DNA from: Lobosporangium transversale
Lineage: Eukaryota
NCBI RefSeq assembly: GCF_002105155.1
Contig: NW_019029011.1
Span: 62,001-126,000 of the forward strand
Length of the DNA stretch: 64,000 nucleotides
Reading direction: 5' to 3'
The position numbers were made by a program, and so were the translations under genes. The notes under the pieces were generated by a model, which did not search any database, was not told the origin of the DNA, and saw only the letters and a program-made list of their open reading frames with translations. Positions within the stretch are counted from its first letter, which is position 1; each line of letters begins with the position of its first letter. Positions 1 to 10,379 of this stretch are shown piece after piece.

Positions 1-394
1 GGAACTACATATCCTTAGGGCTTTTGCTAAGGAGAAGGAGAGGGAGAAGGAGAAGGAGAAGGGGGAGATTGGTAAGGGAGAGGTAAGAGAAGAGGACGGC
101 ACAAAGGCAAATGAAAAAGAGATAAATGACGATGAAAGAGAGGTAATTGGCGGTGTGGACATGACTCACCTAGGCAAGTTACAGGATATAGTTAACTATT
201 TTCAGGATCGACGCTCAAGCAGAGATGAGTGTTTATGGCCTGACTTAGAGACCATCACTTTCTACCTTGATAGATTCGCGGATCAAAACACCAAATCTGC
301 CTTATATGAGCATATCAAGAAATTCAGACCCGAAATCAAGATCATATTTCTTTCAGATAGAATGCTTCATCAAACGTATTTAACTGTAGAATGA
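1..394 (+). CDS. 3' end of an F-box/LRR (RNI-like) family gene, 5'-truncated by the window edge; paralogue of 1557..3680
   Basis: The C-terminus GVDMTHLGKLQDIVNYFQDRRSSRDECLWPDLETITF...IKKFRPEIKII aligns with GVDVTHLGQLQDVLNYFQYRRCNRDESLWPKLETITI...IKKFRPEINVI of the next gene. A (GAGAAG)n Glu/Lys repeat lies near 30-60. Confidence 0.8.
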   Translation, partial: ELHILRAFAKEKEREKEKEKGEIGKGEVREEDGTKANEKEINDDEREVIGGVDMTHLGKLQDIVNYFQDRRSSRDECLWPDLETITFYLDRFADQNTKSALYEHIKKFRPEIKIIFLSDRMLHQTYLTVE

Positions 395-699
395 AAGCAA
401 AATGTGAAAGCAATATAATATTTTTTACTTTTGCTTCATGGAAATCAATAGGAAAGCCTTTTTAGTCATGTCGAGTCGCTGACGCATGACCTGAACTACT
501 ATCATAGATGTGTAAGCGATCTTTACAGCATAGGGGAATCGTAAATAGCTCTTCCAATGAAGAAAGACCACACACTACATGCTACTGCGGACAATGTGAT
601 AGAGGACCAGAGGATGAAACTAAGTAACATAAGCCCGCCTCACCTACATGATGAATTATGTCATCGTCCAGTCCCTCAGGAAGTATAGAGACTATCATG

Positions 700-1330
700 C
701 ATTCAAGGCTTTATACATGGCACCCACAACCAAGGATGATGGTGATATGATATTTAAGAAAATGATGATCGTGGCTCTTGGATATATTAGTTATGCTTGT
801 CCCGGGCTGGAGGCATTTACTTGAATCAGCGTCGCTAAAATTGAAATGCTTTAAGTAGAGATGTCAAAACAAGTTGATATAAGGCTAGGGGCAAGAACAG
901 GGGTTTAGCTTTCATTTACGTCCTGAAGAACTAGTAATCTATCCGGCTGTTTTGGCGAGATATGTGGTTGCCCATCCATCATGTAATGGTAACCACAATA
1001 TCAGTATATCAGTATATCTGCGTAGATTTTCTTCCGAGGCTCTGAATGAGAGGAGAAGACCAAGGAGAAGAAACAACTAAAAAGAGACCATTGACTGTAC
1101 AGCCCATCTTGGTAAGTTGCCAACTGCTTTCAGGAATGACGTTTAAACAGAAGCGTTTGTGGCTGTGATTAGAGGTTATCAACTTCCACCCCATGAATTA
1201 TGAGCAGAGCTGCAGCAATAGTCAATATACAAGCAGTCCATTTGGCGTTATCAAAAAGTCTAGACTAAAGATTAAGGCCGCGTTCGTCTCAAATAAAGTG
1301 CTGAAAGAAGTTTATCTACTGGAGAGACAG
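700..1330 (+). pseudogene. Decayed relic of the same F-box/LRR family
   Basis: Collinear fragments in shifting frames: GYISYACPGLEAF* (~780-824; cf. GYISRVCPNLEDL), AHLGKL (1102-1119), LWL*LEVINF (~1157-1186; cf. LWPDLETITF), IKKSRLKIKAAFVSNKVLKEVYLLE (1250-1324; cf. IKKFRPEIKIIFLSDRMLHQTYLTVE). Confidence 0.75.
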
Positions 1331-1556
1331 CAGAGCTTTATGACAATAGTAATGATGAAAATAAAATGATCTAATTGTAAGCAAAGCATGACAAAGCACC
1401 GCCACAATCCATAAAAGAAGCCCCTTGCCAAATATAATGCCATTGTTTTTTCTTTCTTTTATCCTTCCTTTCAGTTCTTACCGTTGAAATTGCCTTTAGC
1501 ATTGAAAGTTTATTAATAAACCTTCTCTCTTTTTACCCAACGATAACTCAGTAATA

Positions 1557-3680
1557 ATGTTCATGAGGGGAATAGCCAAGAGCAAACAGAGTGTCATAGG
1601 CAGAGACACAATTTCCGTACTTCCTCCAGAAATTATTGAGCGAATCCTAATGCATGTCGGAGTGGCTACGCTCCGTATGGCCATCCCTTTAGTGTGCCGT
1701 CGATGGCATGACATTGTACAACCGCTCCTCAAGAGGTTAGTTCGCGTCAGGGCCATCCCGCTAAGCGATGCGATAGCAAGGTCAGAAAGAAAAAAAGTAA
1801 AGTTCATTAGCAGTGGGTACTTGGCAGCAAAGGAGTTGGAGCTGACACACCAACTACGGCTGGCCCATACTCTTGTATACGAAGCAGGAGCCTCCCCGAA
1901 TTCCAGCTTGCTGAGCGCGCCTGGCACTGAGGGACATAGAGCCTGGTCTATCCTTAAGAAGACCTTAATCTCAATATCAACATATCGTCCCCAAGACCTT
2001 AAGATTCGTCAGCTTATCCTTAATGCTGAGCTCAAGCCCAGTGTCTGGGACCAATTGCTACCACTCCTGGAGCTTGTCGGTCATGAGCTTGTCCATTTAC
2101 GTCTAGAGAATTTCCCAGCCAAAACGGTTGTTCCTGTCGCTTCAATCATGAAATATTGTTCGAATCTCAGGTTCCTCCATTTATCGACACGTGCGTATGA
2201 ACCTGGATGTGGCGCTGCTAAGTTGGGAAAGATAGAGGTTTTGACGGACAAAAGTGCCATTAAATCTAACTGGTTCCTGCGGTCGATCACCTTCGATGGC
2301 CTCACTTTGACGCAGGCTGCACTGGAGGCCCTGTTACAAAGGTGTCCCAACTTGGTAGAATTAAAGATTATCCGCTTCCGGCCTTACTTACCTGGAGTCA
2401 TCTCTGCTGACAAGCCGGAAAACTTTCTTTTCTATCAAGAAGAAAGAGAAAAATTCTTTAGCAACCTAGCACAGTACTGTCCAAAGCTTACGAGCCTACA
2501 TGTATCAGAATCTCCAGACACAAGGTATGGCAGGTTTGGGGAAGTGGCCCCAATCCCTCAGTTCCCTTCGGTCGAGCAGTGGGGGTTTTCGACATTGAGT
2601 ATGGCCAGAGCACCATCCCTATCTGCTTGCATGCTTCTAGATCATCACAGAGTAGAGAATCGATTGTCCAGTGTAGAGATCCATTTAGCTAGGTGCGGTC
2701 ATATTATTCTGACCGACCGTGATATGGATAAATGGATTCATCGACTCCTGTGTGAAAGCCCTCTTCTGGAACATTTCAAGGCGCCTGACATCGGTCTCAC
2801 TTTGCACACGCTTTATGTAACCAAGAAGCTGCGTAATAAACCACATCGTAGCTCCGAGTTTGGTCAAGACCAATTTGCCTGGCCTGTTCCTCAACAGATA
2901 TGGGCATGTCGAAGGCTCAAGACACTTCATGTCAAATTCAACGAGTCATATAACACAGGTATGCAAGACGCGCAAGAACAAGAACGCGTGCTTTATGGGT
3001 ATATCAGCCGTGTCTGCCCAAATCTAGAAGATTTGCTCATTAAAACGGATGCAGTCCTGTACCGCGCTCGATCCCCTGTCAACATGTGCTTATTATCTCG
3101 GTTAACACAACTAAGGAGGTTAACACTTGTTGAAGTCCCGTATATGTGTGAAAAAGATCTGGATTGGATGAAGGAGCGTTACTATTATGATACACAGAAG
3201 CAGCTGAGGTTGAAGCTAGAATGGGTGTTGAGGAACGACCAGCGGCATCGCACTATCAAGTCCCTGGAGAAATGGTGGAGAGCTTTACGTATCAAGAAGT
3301 CGCCCTTTTGCATCGAAGAGAGCACCAGCATGGCAGAGCAAGCTCTTGAGGCTCCAGTAAATACTAACGTTTTTGTTGCAGGGATGAAGAGTGAACCAAA
3401 GGAGCAGAGAGAGGGAATTAGTGGTGTGGATGTGACGCATCTCGGCCAACTGCAGGACGTGCTTAACTATTTCCAGTATCGACGCTGTAATCGTGACGAA
3501 AGCCTCTGGCCCAAACTAGAGACTATAACTATACGATATATCGCTGATATCTCTTGGCATGATGGTAAATGGAGAAGTTACGGATTCTATGCACATCAAG
3601 CACGAGACACGATCAAGAAGTTTCGGCCTGAGATTAATGTTATTTGCATTGGGATGTCGAGAGACCAACTTATTCTCTAA
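1557..3680 (+). CDS. F-box domain / LRR (RNI-like) protein, 707 aa, single exon
   Basis: N-terminal F-box motif LPPEIIERILMHV...VCRRWHDIV; LRR-like CPNLVEL, CPKLTSL and CPNLEDL repeats; WACRRLKTL motif. Confidence 0.85.
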   Translation: MFMRGIAKSKQSVIGRDTISVLPPEIIERILMHVGVATLRMAIPLVCRRWHDIVQPLLKRLVRVRAIPLSDAIARSERKKVKFISSGYLAAKELELTHQLRLAHTLVYEAGASPNSSLLSAPGTEGHRAWSILKKTLISISTYRPQDLKIRQLILNAELKPSVWDQLLPLLELVGHELVHLRLENFPAKTVVPVASIMKYCSNLRFLHLSTRAYEPGCGAAKLGKIEVLTDKSAIKSNWFLRSITFDGLTLTQAALEALLQRCPNLVELKIIRFRPYLPGVISADKPENFLFYQEEREKFFSNLAQYCPKLTSLHVSESPDTRYGRFGEVAPIPQFPSVEQWGFSTLSMARAPSLSACMLLDHHRVENRLSSVEIHLARCGHIILTDRDMDKWIHRLLCESPLLEHFKAPDIGLTLHTLYVTKKLRNKPHRSSEFGQDQFAWPVPQQIWACRRLKTLHVKFNESYNTGMQDAQEQERVLYGYISRVCPNLEDLLIKTDAVLYRARSPVNMCLLSRLTQLRRLTLVEVPYMCEKDLDWMKERYYYDTQKQLRLKLEWVLRNDQRHRTIKSLEKWWRALRIKKSPFCIEESTSMAEQALEAPVNTNVFVAGMKSEPKEQREGISGVDVTHLGQLQDVLNYFQYRRCNRDESLWPKLETITIRYIADISWHDGKWRSYGFYAHQARDTIKKFRPEINVICIGMSRDQLIL

Positions 3681-4920
3681 GTCTCTGAGGAAATAAACAA
3701 ATAAACAATCTATTAAGCTGTGCATGTTATCATATATGTGGCATGAGGTTTCAACGGTTAGCGCGTCACGTTCTACGAAGGCAGCACATCGGTGAGATGC
3801 AGTATGTGATCAAGGAGCCAAATGGAGATAGAGATGGTTTCAATAAAAGAAAAATGAATGTTTATTCACGACCATTATTAGCTAAGCAGTTGCAAGCGCA
3901 CTTGTATCTTGTTGTCAAAGGAAAGAAGGAGAGAAGAAAGGATAGAAAAAATACATATGTTTTTCGAAAAGAAAGAGAGAAAGATAAAGAAAAGAGATAA
4001 AGAAATAAAGAGAGAAAAGGAGAAAGGTCAATGAGTAATAAGCTTTTATTTAATTTATTATGTGTCAAATAAAACCGCCTTGTCTTTTATTTTCAATATC
4101 CAAACGTTCAGATACCCAAACGTTCAGATTTTCAAGTGCCCAAGATACTGTGCCGGAAAATATCCATCTTGTCGCCCTTTACGACCCGGCCTTTAGCATT
4201 GAAGGAGGGAAAAGAGATTGTTCAGCCGTTACATGGCGATAGTTAGCATGCCCCCGCTTCACTTTTACGTCCGTATCTGACGAAGAGGTTCAGACGATCT
4301 ACCTTCTTCGTTTCATATTAATTTCCATGCCCATTTTCATCATCCCCTATTTCGTCTTTGTGCATCTAAAAGGCCGTTGCCTGTCCTTGCAACTGGTATC
4401 TCTTCTTCCCACATCGTACACGTTCGTGGCGGTCTCGGTGTCCCACAGAGTTGCGAGTAGTGTCTGATCAGCCAACATTTTCCATTCTTTGCATTTTATG
4501 CTATTTCAGAGAGGCAACCTAAAGGAGGTTCCCCCTGCTTTTGCTTTTAAATACGGCTGATTATTGCCTGTATGCAAGAAGATTTTGTCCGCTTTCAACA
4601 AAGATAAGGAGAAATGGTGGCAACGAGGGAGATTGGCCTCTTCTCTCATTTTTAAGCTCTTTCTTTTTTTTTTTTTTTTCTCTTCTTTTCTCCCCCTTTT
4701 CTCTTCACCTCTTCACTTCTCCACTTCTTTACCTCACCACCTCTTGAAAAGTAAGTCTCGACCACAGTCCTTTGCCAAATACACACGCACTTCTTCCGTC
4801 TCTCCCTATGTCTCTTTATGTCATCTCTCACTCTCTCTCAACTACGGTTGTTGTCTTTCCCTACCCTTGCTACATTATACTAAACTACACATTCTTTGTC
4901 TCTGTACTATATCAAAGGCA

Positions 4921-5830
4921 AAATAACCCCCAAGAACGGTAAGCAGCGAGGAAACGAGGTAAGGGAAAGTATGATAGGGAAGGGAGGCGGAAAGTAACCA
5001 ATAAATGAAGGAAAATAAGAAAGAGAAAGGAACACCGAGAAAGAGCGAATGAAAATAAACTAAGGAAGAGAAGCACATAAGAAGGGTAAGTGAAAGCAAG
5101 TAAAAAAAAATAAAATAAAATAAAAAAAAAAAGAGAAAGAACAACGGAAGCATAGCAAAGAAGTAAAGCGCGGAAAAGGAACTAACAAAAAGATATAAGA
5201 GAGAAAGGCACCTATAAATGAAAAATACGATAGAAAAGAAAAGCACAAGGGAAACAAACGTAATATGATACGAAAGAGAAGCATTGAAGAAAAAAAAGAA
5301 AACAGAAGTACACGATGAAAGTATATTAAGAAAGAGAAGCGCAGAAAGGAAACAAATGAAAGCATAGCAAGGAAGGAAGCATTGAAGAAAACAAATGAGA
5401 ATAGAATAAGGAAGCAAAGCAATGAGAAAAGAAAAACGAAAGTAAGAAGGAAGCATAACAGAGCATAGCACAAAAGAGATGCGCCTAAGAAAGCATAGGA
5501 AAGGATAACAAAGTGAAACACCGAAAAAGAAATGAAAGCATAACAAGGAAGTCAAGCATTGAAGAAAGAAATGAAACAGTAGTAAGCAGAAGGATAAAAA
5601 AACGAAAGCATAACAAGAAAGTGAACCATCAAAGAAAAAGGAATGAAAGCATAGTAAAGAAACGAGGCATTGAAGGATAGCAAATCAAAGAATAACAAGG
5701 AAGTAAACCATCGGATAGTAAATGAAAAGATGGCAAGAGAATGAGCCATCAAAGGAAAATGATTGAAAAGATTACAAGCGCCAAAGAAATACAAATAAAA
5801 GCATGGCAAGAAAGTGAAAGCAAATGCCGT
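4921..5830. repeat. Purine-rich degenerate minisatellite / low-complexity tract built on AAGCAT-core units
   Basis: Recurring AAGCATAGCAAG, AAGCATAACAAG and AAGCATTGAAGAAA units in an A/G-dominated background. It is flanked by a CT-rich tract (~4640-4900) and a poly-T run (~5838-5866). Confidence 0.7.
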
Positions 5831-6573
5831 AAAAAATGTTTTTTTTTTTTTTTTTTTTTTTTTTTTCAAAGGTAAAGGAACCGCATAGGGTGGACAGTCT
5901 CAGGTAAGTAGAGTAACTACCAAGAAGTCAATCAAACTAAATAACAAAAAACTTAAAAAAAAGTGCTAACGAAGAAGAGAAGCAGCAGAAAAGGTCAACA
6001 AAAGTGAAGAGCAGGACAAGAAAGACTACATTCACTCATGAAATAAGGCAAGCGTAGGGTATATCTATGGATCTGTTTGATACATGATCTGCATTTCGCT
6101 TCATTAAAGTCACTCACAATCGCACTGACTGGCAATTGGTTACTACGTTTCCAGTCTTAATCACAAGCAATGTCCGCTTATTCTCTTAATAAATGTCCAT
6201 CCAATCTTGCTTTTGACAGCTGGCTTGTCAATGGCTGCATCGAGAGAAATGTCATATGATGAAAATACACAAATAAGGAAAAGCATAACATGTGGGAAGT
6301 CATCTCACCATGCCTACTCTTTCTCCCTTCTACTAATCGCATTTAAAAAGCAAGATGGACTAGCCTAAGGCACCATACACTCATTAAAAGATGACAGACA
6401 CAGGAGACGGTTGCAAGTGTGTTCCCCTAACGCTTTGGGCGTTTGTGCCAGAGTTCCTGATAAACAATCCAATTTTGGCAGACAATGTTTTTTTGTTATT
6501 AATTTGGATCTAAAAATGTACAGTCACTAGCCCTTCTAAACTCATTTTGAGATCCCTTTTCTTTCTTCATCAA

Positions 6574-8232
6574 ATGGCATTCCAACCTCCTTCTGCTCAT
6601 TTGCCCACCCGGGTTGTCGCCACAGGCAGCACCACTACAGCCGTGGTCTCTCAAAATTTCCTCCGAGCCGCTGCTCGCTCAAAGTATAGTCTCACTCAGA
6701 TCGACTCTCTCCGAGCCAGCTATCCACTCAAATTACTCTCGCCTGCATCTGCTAACACCATTTTCTTGAAACCTGAAGGAGCAACCAGTCCTCTTACACC
6801 TTCCTTCAGCGTCAGCAACAGCAGAGACAGCGAAGACAAAAACCAATCCTCAATATCTCCTTTTACTCTTAACTCTAGTTCACCACCGTCATCTAACTCT
6901 TTTGTGCTAGTACCGCCTCCACCTCGGATCGTCTACATGATTACATATGGTGGTGGTCTCCTAGCTGACGACCATCCAAATCTTCAATTTGTCTTACAGC
7001 GGCATGCGAAGCTCCTTGTCCTAGGTCAGGGCAATACCAAGATTTATAAATCTCCCAAACCTGACTATCCACCTGCATCTCAGACGTTACATAGTACAGT
7101 CGCACCAGGGGCTTGTCTCTTGTTCTTGGGACCTGCAGTGGTGGCCTGTGAAGATTCGAGTGTCTTTTTAAGACATGAAATCTTGCTACAAGCTCAACGG
7201 CCCAGGGATTCAACAAAAATAAAACAGGATCCAGAAAAGGAGTGGGATGAAGATGATGAACTTCCTAGTTGTGTGGTTTTGGATTGGATTGCAGGAGGGC
7301 GTGGTGAAAATGAGCGCTGGAAAGCAAGGAGAGCTGAATGGAGATTGATTGTTCGTTGGGCAGAATTAGATCCAGAAGCTACACCAACTCCCCCTCCATC
7401 CTCTACAACAAATATTCAGACTACAGGATCATCATCATCGAAAGGAAGACAAAAGATGGTGGGAAAAGAGGAAAAGGATAACAATAGTGAAGAAGATGAG
7501 TTTGTGGATGAGGAAGATCCTCGAGATATAGCAGATAGGCTTGCAGGCGGACCTGTCATCTTCAGGGACGGATTCCTGATTGAGCATAATCCACCATTGC
7601 CATCCAAAAAAGCCACACCAATTGCAACTCCATCATTAATACCGTCAATGATGGCATCTGGATTGAAACCGAAAATGACCTCCTATGCGCCTTCACTATA
7701 TCCACATTCTACGATTGGTTCATTATTTATTATGGGTCCTAAAACAAGACGACTTCAACGATCGATTTTAAAGCGGTTTGACCAATTGACGGTCTACCCT
7801 GGTCAAAAGCCCGAACAGCGTGCAGATTATCCAATCTTGTGGAGTGTGACAGTCGTTCAAGTGCCGCGACCTCCTTGTCCCAATCAAGGTGGTCCAATCT
7901 CGACAACTATCCCCAAAAGGAAGCATCTCAAGATGAACGCCATGGTGGTCAAAATGGCTTCACAAGGAATTGAACAAATGCAGGATTTCTTGAAGTCATT
8001 ATTTGAAGAGGAAGCTGGTGTGTTGGATAATAGGAAGAAGATGATGGATAGCAGCGACGATGATAATGACGATGGGAATGAAACGAATCATCAAAAAGCA
8101 CAGAGTAGAAGGGCAGCAACGGTCAAGGAATCAATATGTCAAGAAAAATTACAAGATGAATATCAAAGAGATTTATCTGTCATTGATGAGCTTTTTGGTG
8201 GACGAACTGTCTGGGAACGAGTTTTCCGGTAG
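6574..8232 (+). CDS. ureD: Urease accessory protein UreD/UreH with low-complexity insertions
   Basis: UreD motifs SYPLKLLSP, YMITYGGGLL, QGNTKIYKS, VVLDWIAGGR..ERW and IGSLFIMGP. The first ATG is at 6574; the ORF-track start at 6547 is TTG. Confidence 0.85.
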   Translation: MAFQPPSAHLPTRVVATGSTTTAVVSQNFLRAAARSKYSLTQIDSLRASYPLKLLSPASANTIFLKPEGATSPLTPSFSVSNSRDSEDKNQSSISPFTLNSSSPPSSNSFVLVPPPPRIVYMITYGGGLLADDHPNLQFVLQRHAKLLVLGQGNTKIYKSPKPDYPPASQTLHSTVAPGACLLFLGPAVVACEDSSVFLRHEILLQAQRPRDSTKIKQDPEKEWDEDDELPSCVVLDWIAGGRGENERWKARRAEWRLIVRWAELDPEATPTPPPSSTTNIQTTGSSSSKGRQKMVGKEEKDNNSEEDEFVDEEDPRDIADRLAGGPVIFRDGFLIEHNPPLPSKKATPIATPSLIPSMMASGLKPKMTSYAPSLYPHSTIGSLFIMGPKTRRLQRSILKRFDQLTVYPGQKPEQRADYPILWSVTVVQVPRPPCPNQGGPISTTIPKRKHLKMNAMVVKMASQGIEQMQDFLKSLFEEEAGVLDNRKKMMDSSDDDNDDGNETNHQKAQSRRAATVKESICQEKLQDEYQRDLSVIDELFGGRTVWERVFR

Positions 8233-8502
8233 TATTTTCAATAAACCAAGAGAAGCATATGTTGTCACATCATCGCTTCTGGTGTTATTGGCAGACTTAA
8301 GAATAGGGTTTTTATTTTTATTTTTCGAATGCAGCTTCGAGTAATGTGTCCTTAAAAAAAGGGGCCAATTGTGTTGATCTCTGAGCGTATATTTTTATCT
8401 GAACAAATGAAAGAGAATGTAGGAAGTTAGAGTGCTATGGAAGAAAAGAGGAGGGAAGAAGACATTAAACGAAAGATAACGAAGACGCGGACTAATAGTT
8501 AT

Positions 8503-9004
8503 TTAGTGAGCATCCTCGCATTTGGAGATGTAATCAACAGCCTGAGCAGCAGACTTAATCTCATCAGCATCCTTATCGGGAACCTCGATAGCCATGACAA
8601 CCTCGACATTGCCCAAAGAATCCAACTTGAGAGCGGAGTTGAAGTTAGCCTGAGGAGAGATCTGTTGTACCGACCCAAATAGAAATATATCAAAGGAGTA
8701 GAAAAGGAAATAATTCAGTAAATTGGTTAACATTTGTAGAAGGACGTGAGCTGAGCAGCTAAGGTTAATGTTTGTATGGCATTGCTCTGCGTGTGCTTGT
8801 ATATATAAAAGTTTGCGTGTGGATGGTTGGAGCTGTTACTTTTAAGTCGCACCAAAGTTTGCATAGGTCTTTGTCGCGAGATTAGGATTTGCAACGAAAG
8901 AGCGACTAGCCACAAGAGCGCTGTTGCCGCAAAATCCAATAGAGCAGCACTAGTCCATCGATTTGTTTGATCACTTTTTTCAGAGATGACTGACTAACAA
9001 TCCG

Positions 9005-9035
<31 letters not shown>

Positions 9036-9373
9036 GAAGTATGAGGTTTAGAATTTTGGGAGTGCAAATTGCTGTTCCGAATCAAATCGTATCGAAGCGG
9101 TGACTATCCGTATTTCCCATTCTCCAATAATCCTTAATGAAGGATGGAATGCTTTTTTTACCTTGCTGGGATCAATCTTATTGAAAACACCCAAGATTCC
9201 AGGACATGCTTCTCGATATCAGAGCAGGCAAGTCCGGTGGAGGTGCCGTAGGTACGGGCAAAGTTCAAAGCTATGGTATTGCGAGAAACATCCTAAGAAA
9301 CAACGATAACAGAGTTCTTGTACAGAACCGCAGAGCGGTAAAGGGCAGCGGAGGGACGGAGGGCCCTGAACAT
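8503..9373 (-). pseudogene. Mitochondrial acyl carrier protein (ACP1/NDUFAB1-type) pseudogene, two exons (9373-9162, 8661-8503)
   Basis: Exon 1 reads MFRALRPSAALYRSAVLYKNSVIVVS*DVSRNTIALNFARTYG...SDIEKHVLE/ILGVFNKIDPSK, with an in-frame TAG at 9295-9293 and a 1-nt frameshift. A GT-AG intron spans 9161-8662. Exon 2 reads ISPQANFNSALKLDSLGNVEVVMAIE-VPDKDADEIKSAAQAVDYISKCEDAH and lacks the usual EEF(S/G)IE segment. Confidence 0.85.
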
Positions 9374-10379
9374 GTTAAAGGATATGGTATATATATCAAT
9401 GAACAATGGGAGTTGCATTATGAGAACGGAGCCACACCGGTTGTTTCAGCCGCGTGATAAATCCTTTATTGCACAGCCACAAGCACTACCCTTGAACTCA
9501 TTCATGACTGGGTCCTGAGCACCAGGATTATTTTGACAAGGCGCTTCGTAAGTGCCAAAAGAGCTTGACTCTACGGGAAAACCCACTGTAGAACGTAGCT
9601 ATAAACCTGGATTAGTAGATGTGATCCAAAAAAAAGTCAACATTGCCATAAGTATTAGAAGAAGTATTAATAACAGTTCCGGAAGCACAGCGACACTGCA
9701 CATTGACCTTGTTTGGGATGGTCTTATATATCACATAAACAAAAACTACCATTAAGAAACATAAAAAAAAACAACCTGTCTCTTTTACCAGTGTTCAGAG
9801 GCAATGACATGCTAGAGATCAATTCAATGCTAGCAAAGGAGTTTTGGTCATGTTGGTGAAGGCTCTTAGACAAGACTATAAAGGGTACAAGAAGACTGCA
9901 AGGGCTCTGGAGTTGGACCAGGCGGTGGGCCATGTCAACAAGATTCGAAACGAGGGTCTCGAGCCTTGAGCTTATCGCCTACGACCAACAGGGTTACCTG
10001 TTGAGATTAACGATCAAACAGGTGGGTTCCGCCTGCAGCTGCTGGCTTTCAAATTCGGAGAAGTGTGTAAAGTTCAAGCGTCTTCATGGCTCGGCTCTAC
10101 CTTCCAAAATCACATCAACCCTTGGTAGGTCGATTATTAACCTTCATGGTCACCAAGTTACGGAAGCTCTGAGACTGCCCTCAGGAGATATCAATGTTTT
10201 AGTATTGGACCTGGGACAAAAGCCAGGCGCTGGTACGAGCGCTGACAGCTTGAGTTCCGGGAGCAAAGGTCGCCGTTGGGCCTTGCAGAGTCATAAGATG
10301 GATTTTTCGAATGAAACTATAAAAGGAGCCCAAGACACGCGATTATACACTACCTTTTTTTAACCCATTCCATTATTCA

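Noticed and set aside
4100..4129. Direct repeat CCAAACGTTCAGAT x2 as a possible transposon end
   Set aside because: No matching inverted copy or TSD found by eye; probably a local duplication.
4921..5830. CRISPR-like repeat-spacer array
   Set aside because: The repeats are short, degenerate and irregularly spaced, the spacers are low-complexity, the context is eukaryotic and no cas genes are present.
4875..5869. Long Phe/Leu/Ser-rich minus-strand ORFs (226, 153 and 105 aa) resembling membrane proteins
   Set aside because: By-products of the A/G-rich low-complexity tract; several overlapping frames are open and none has family motifs.
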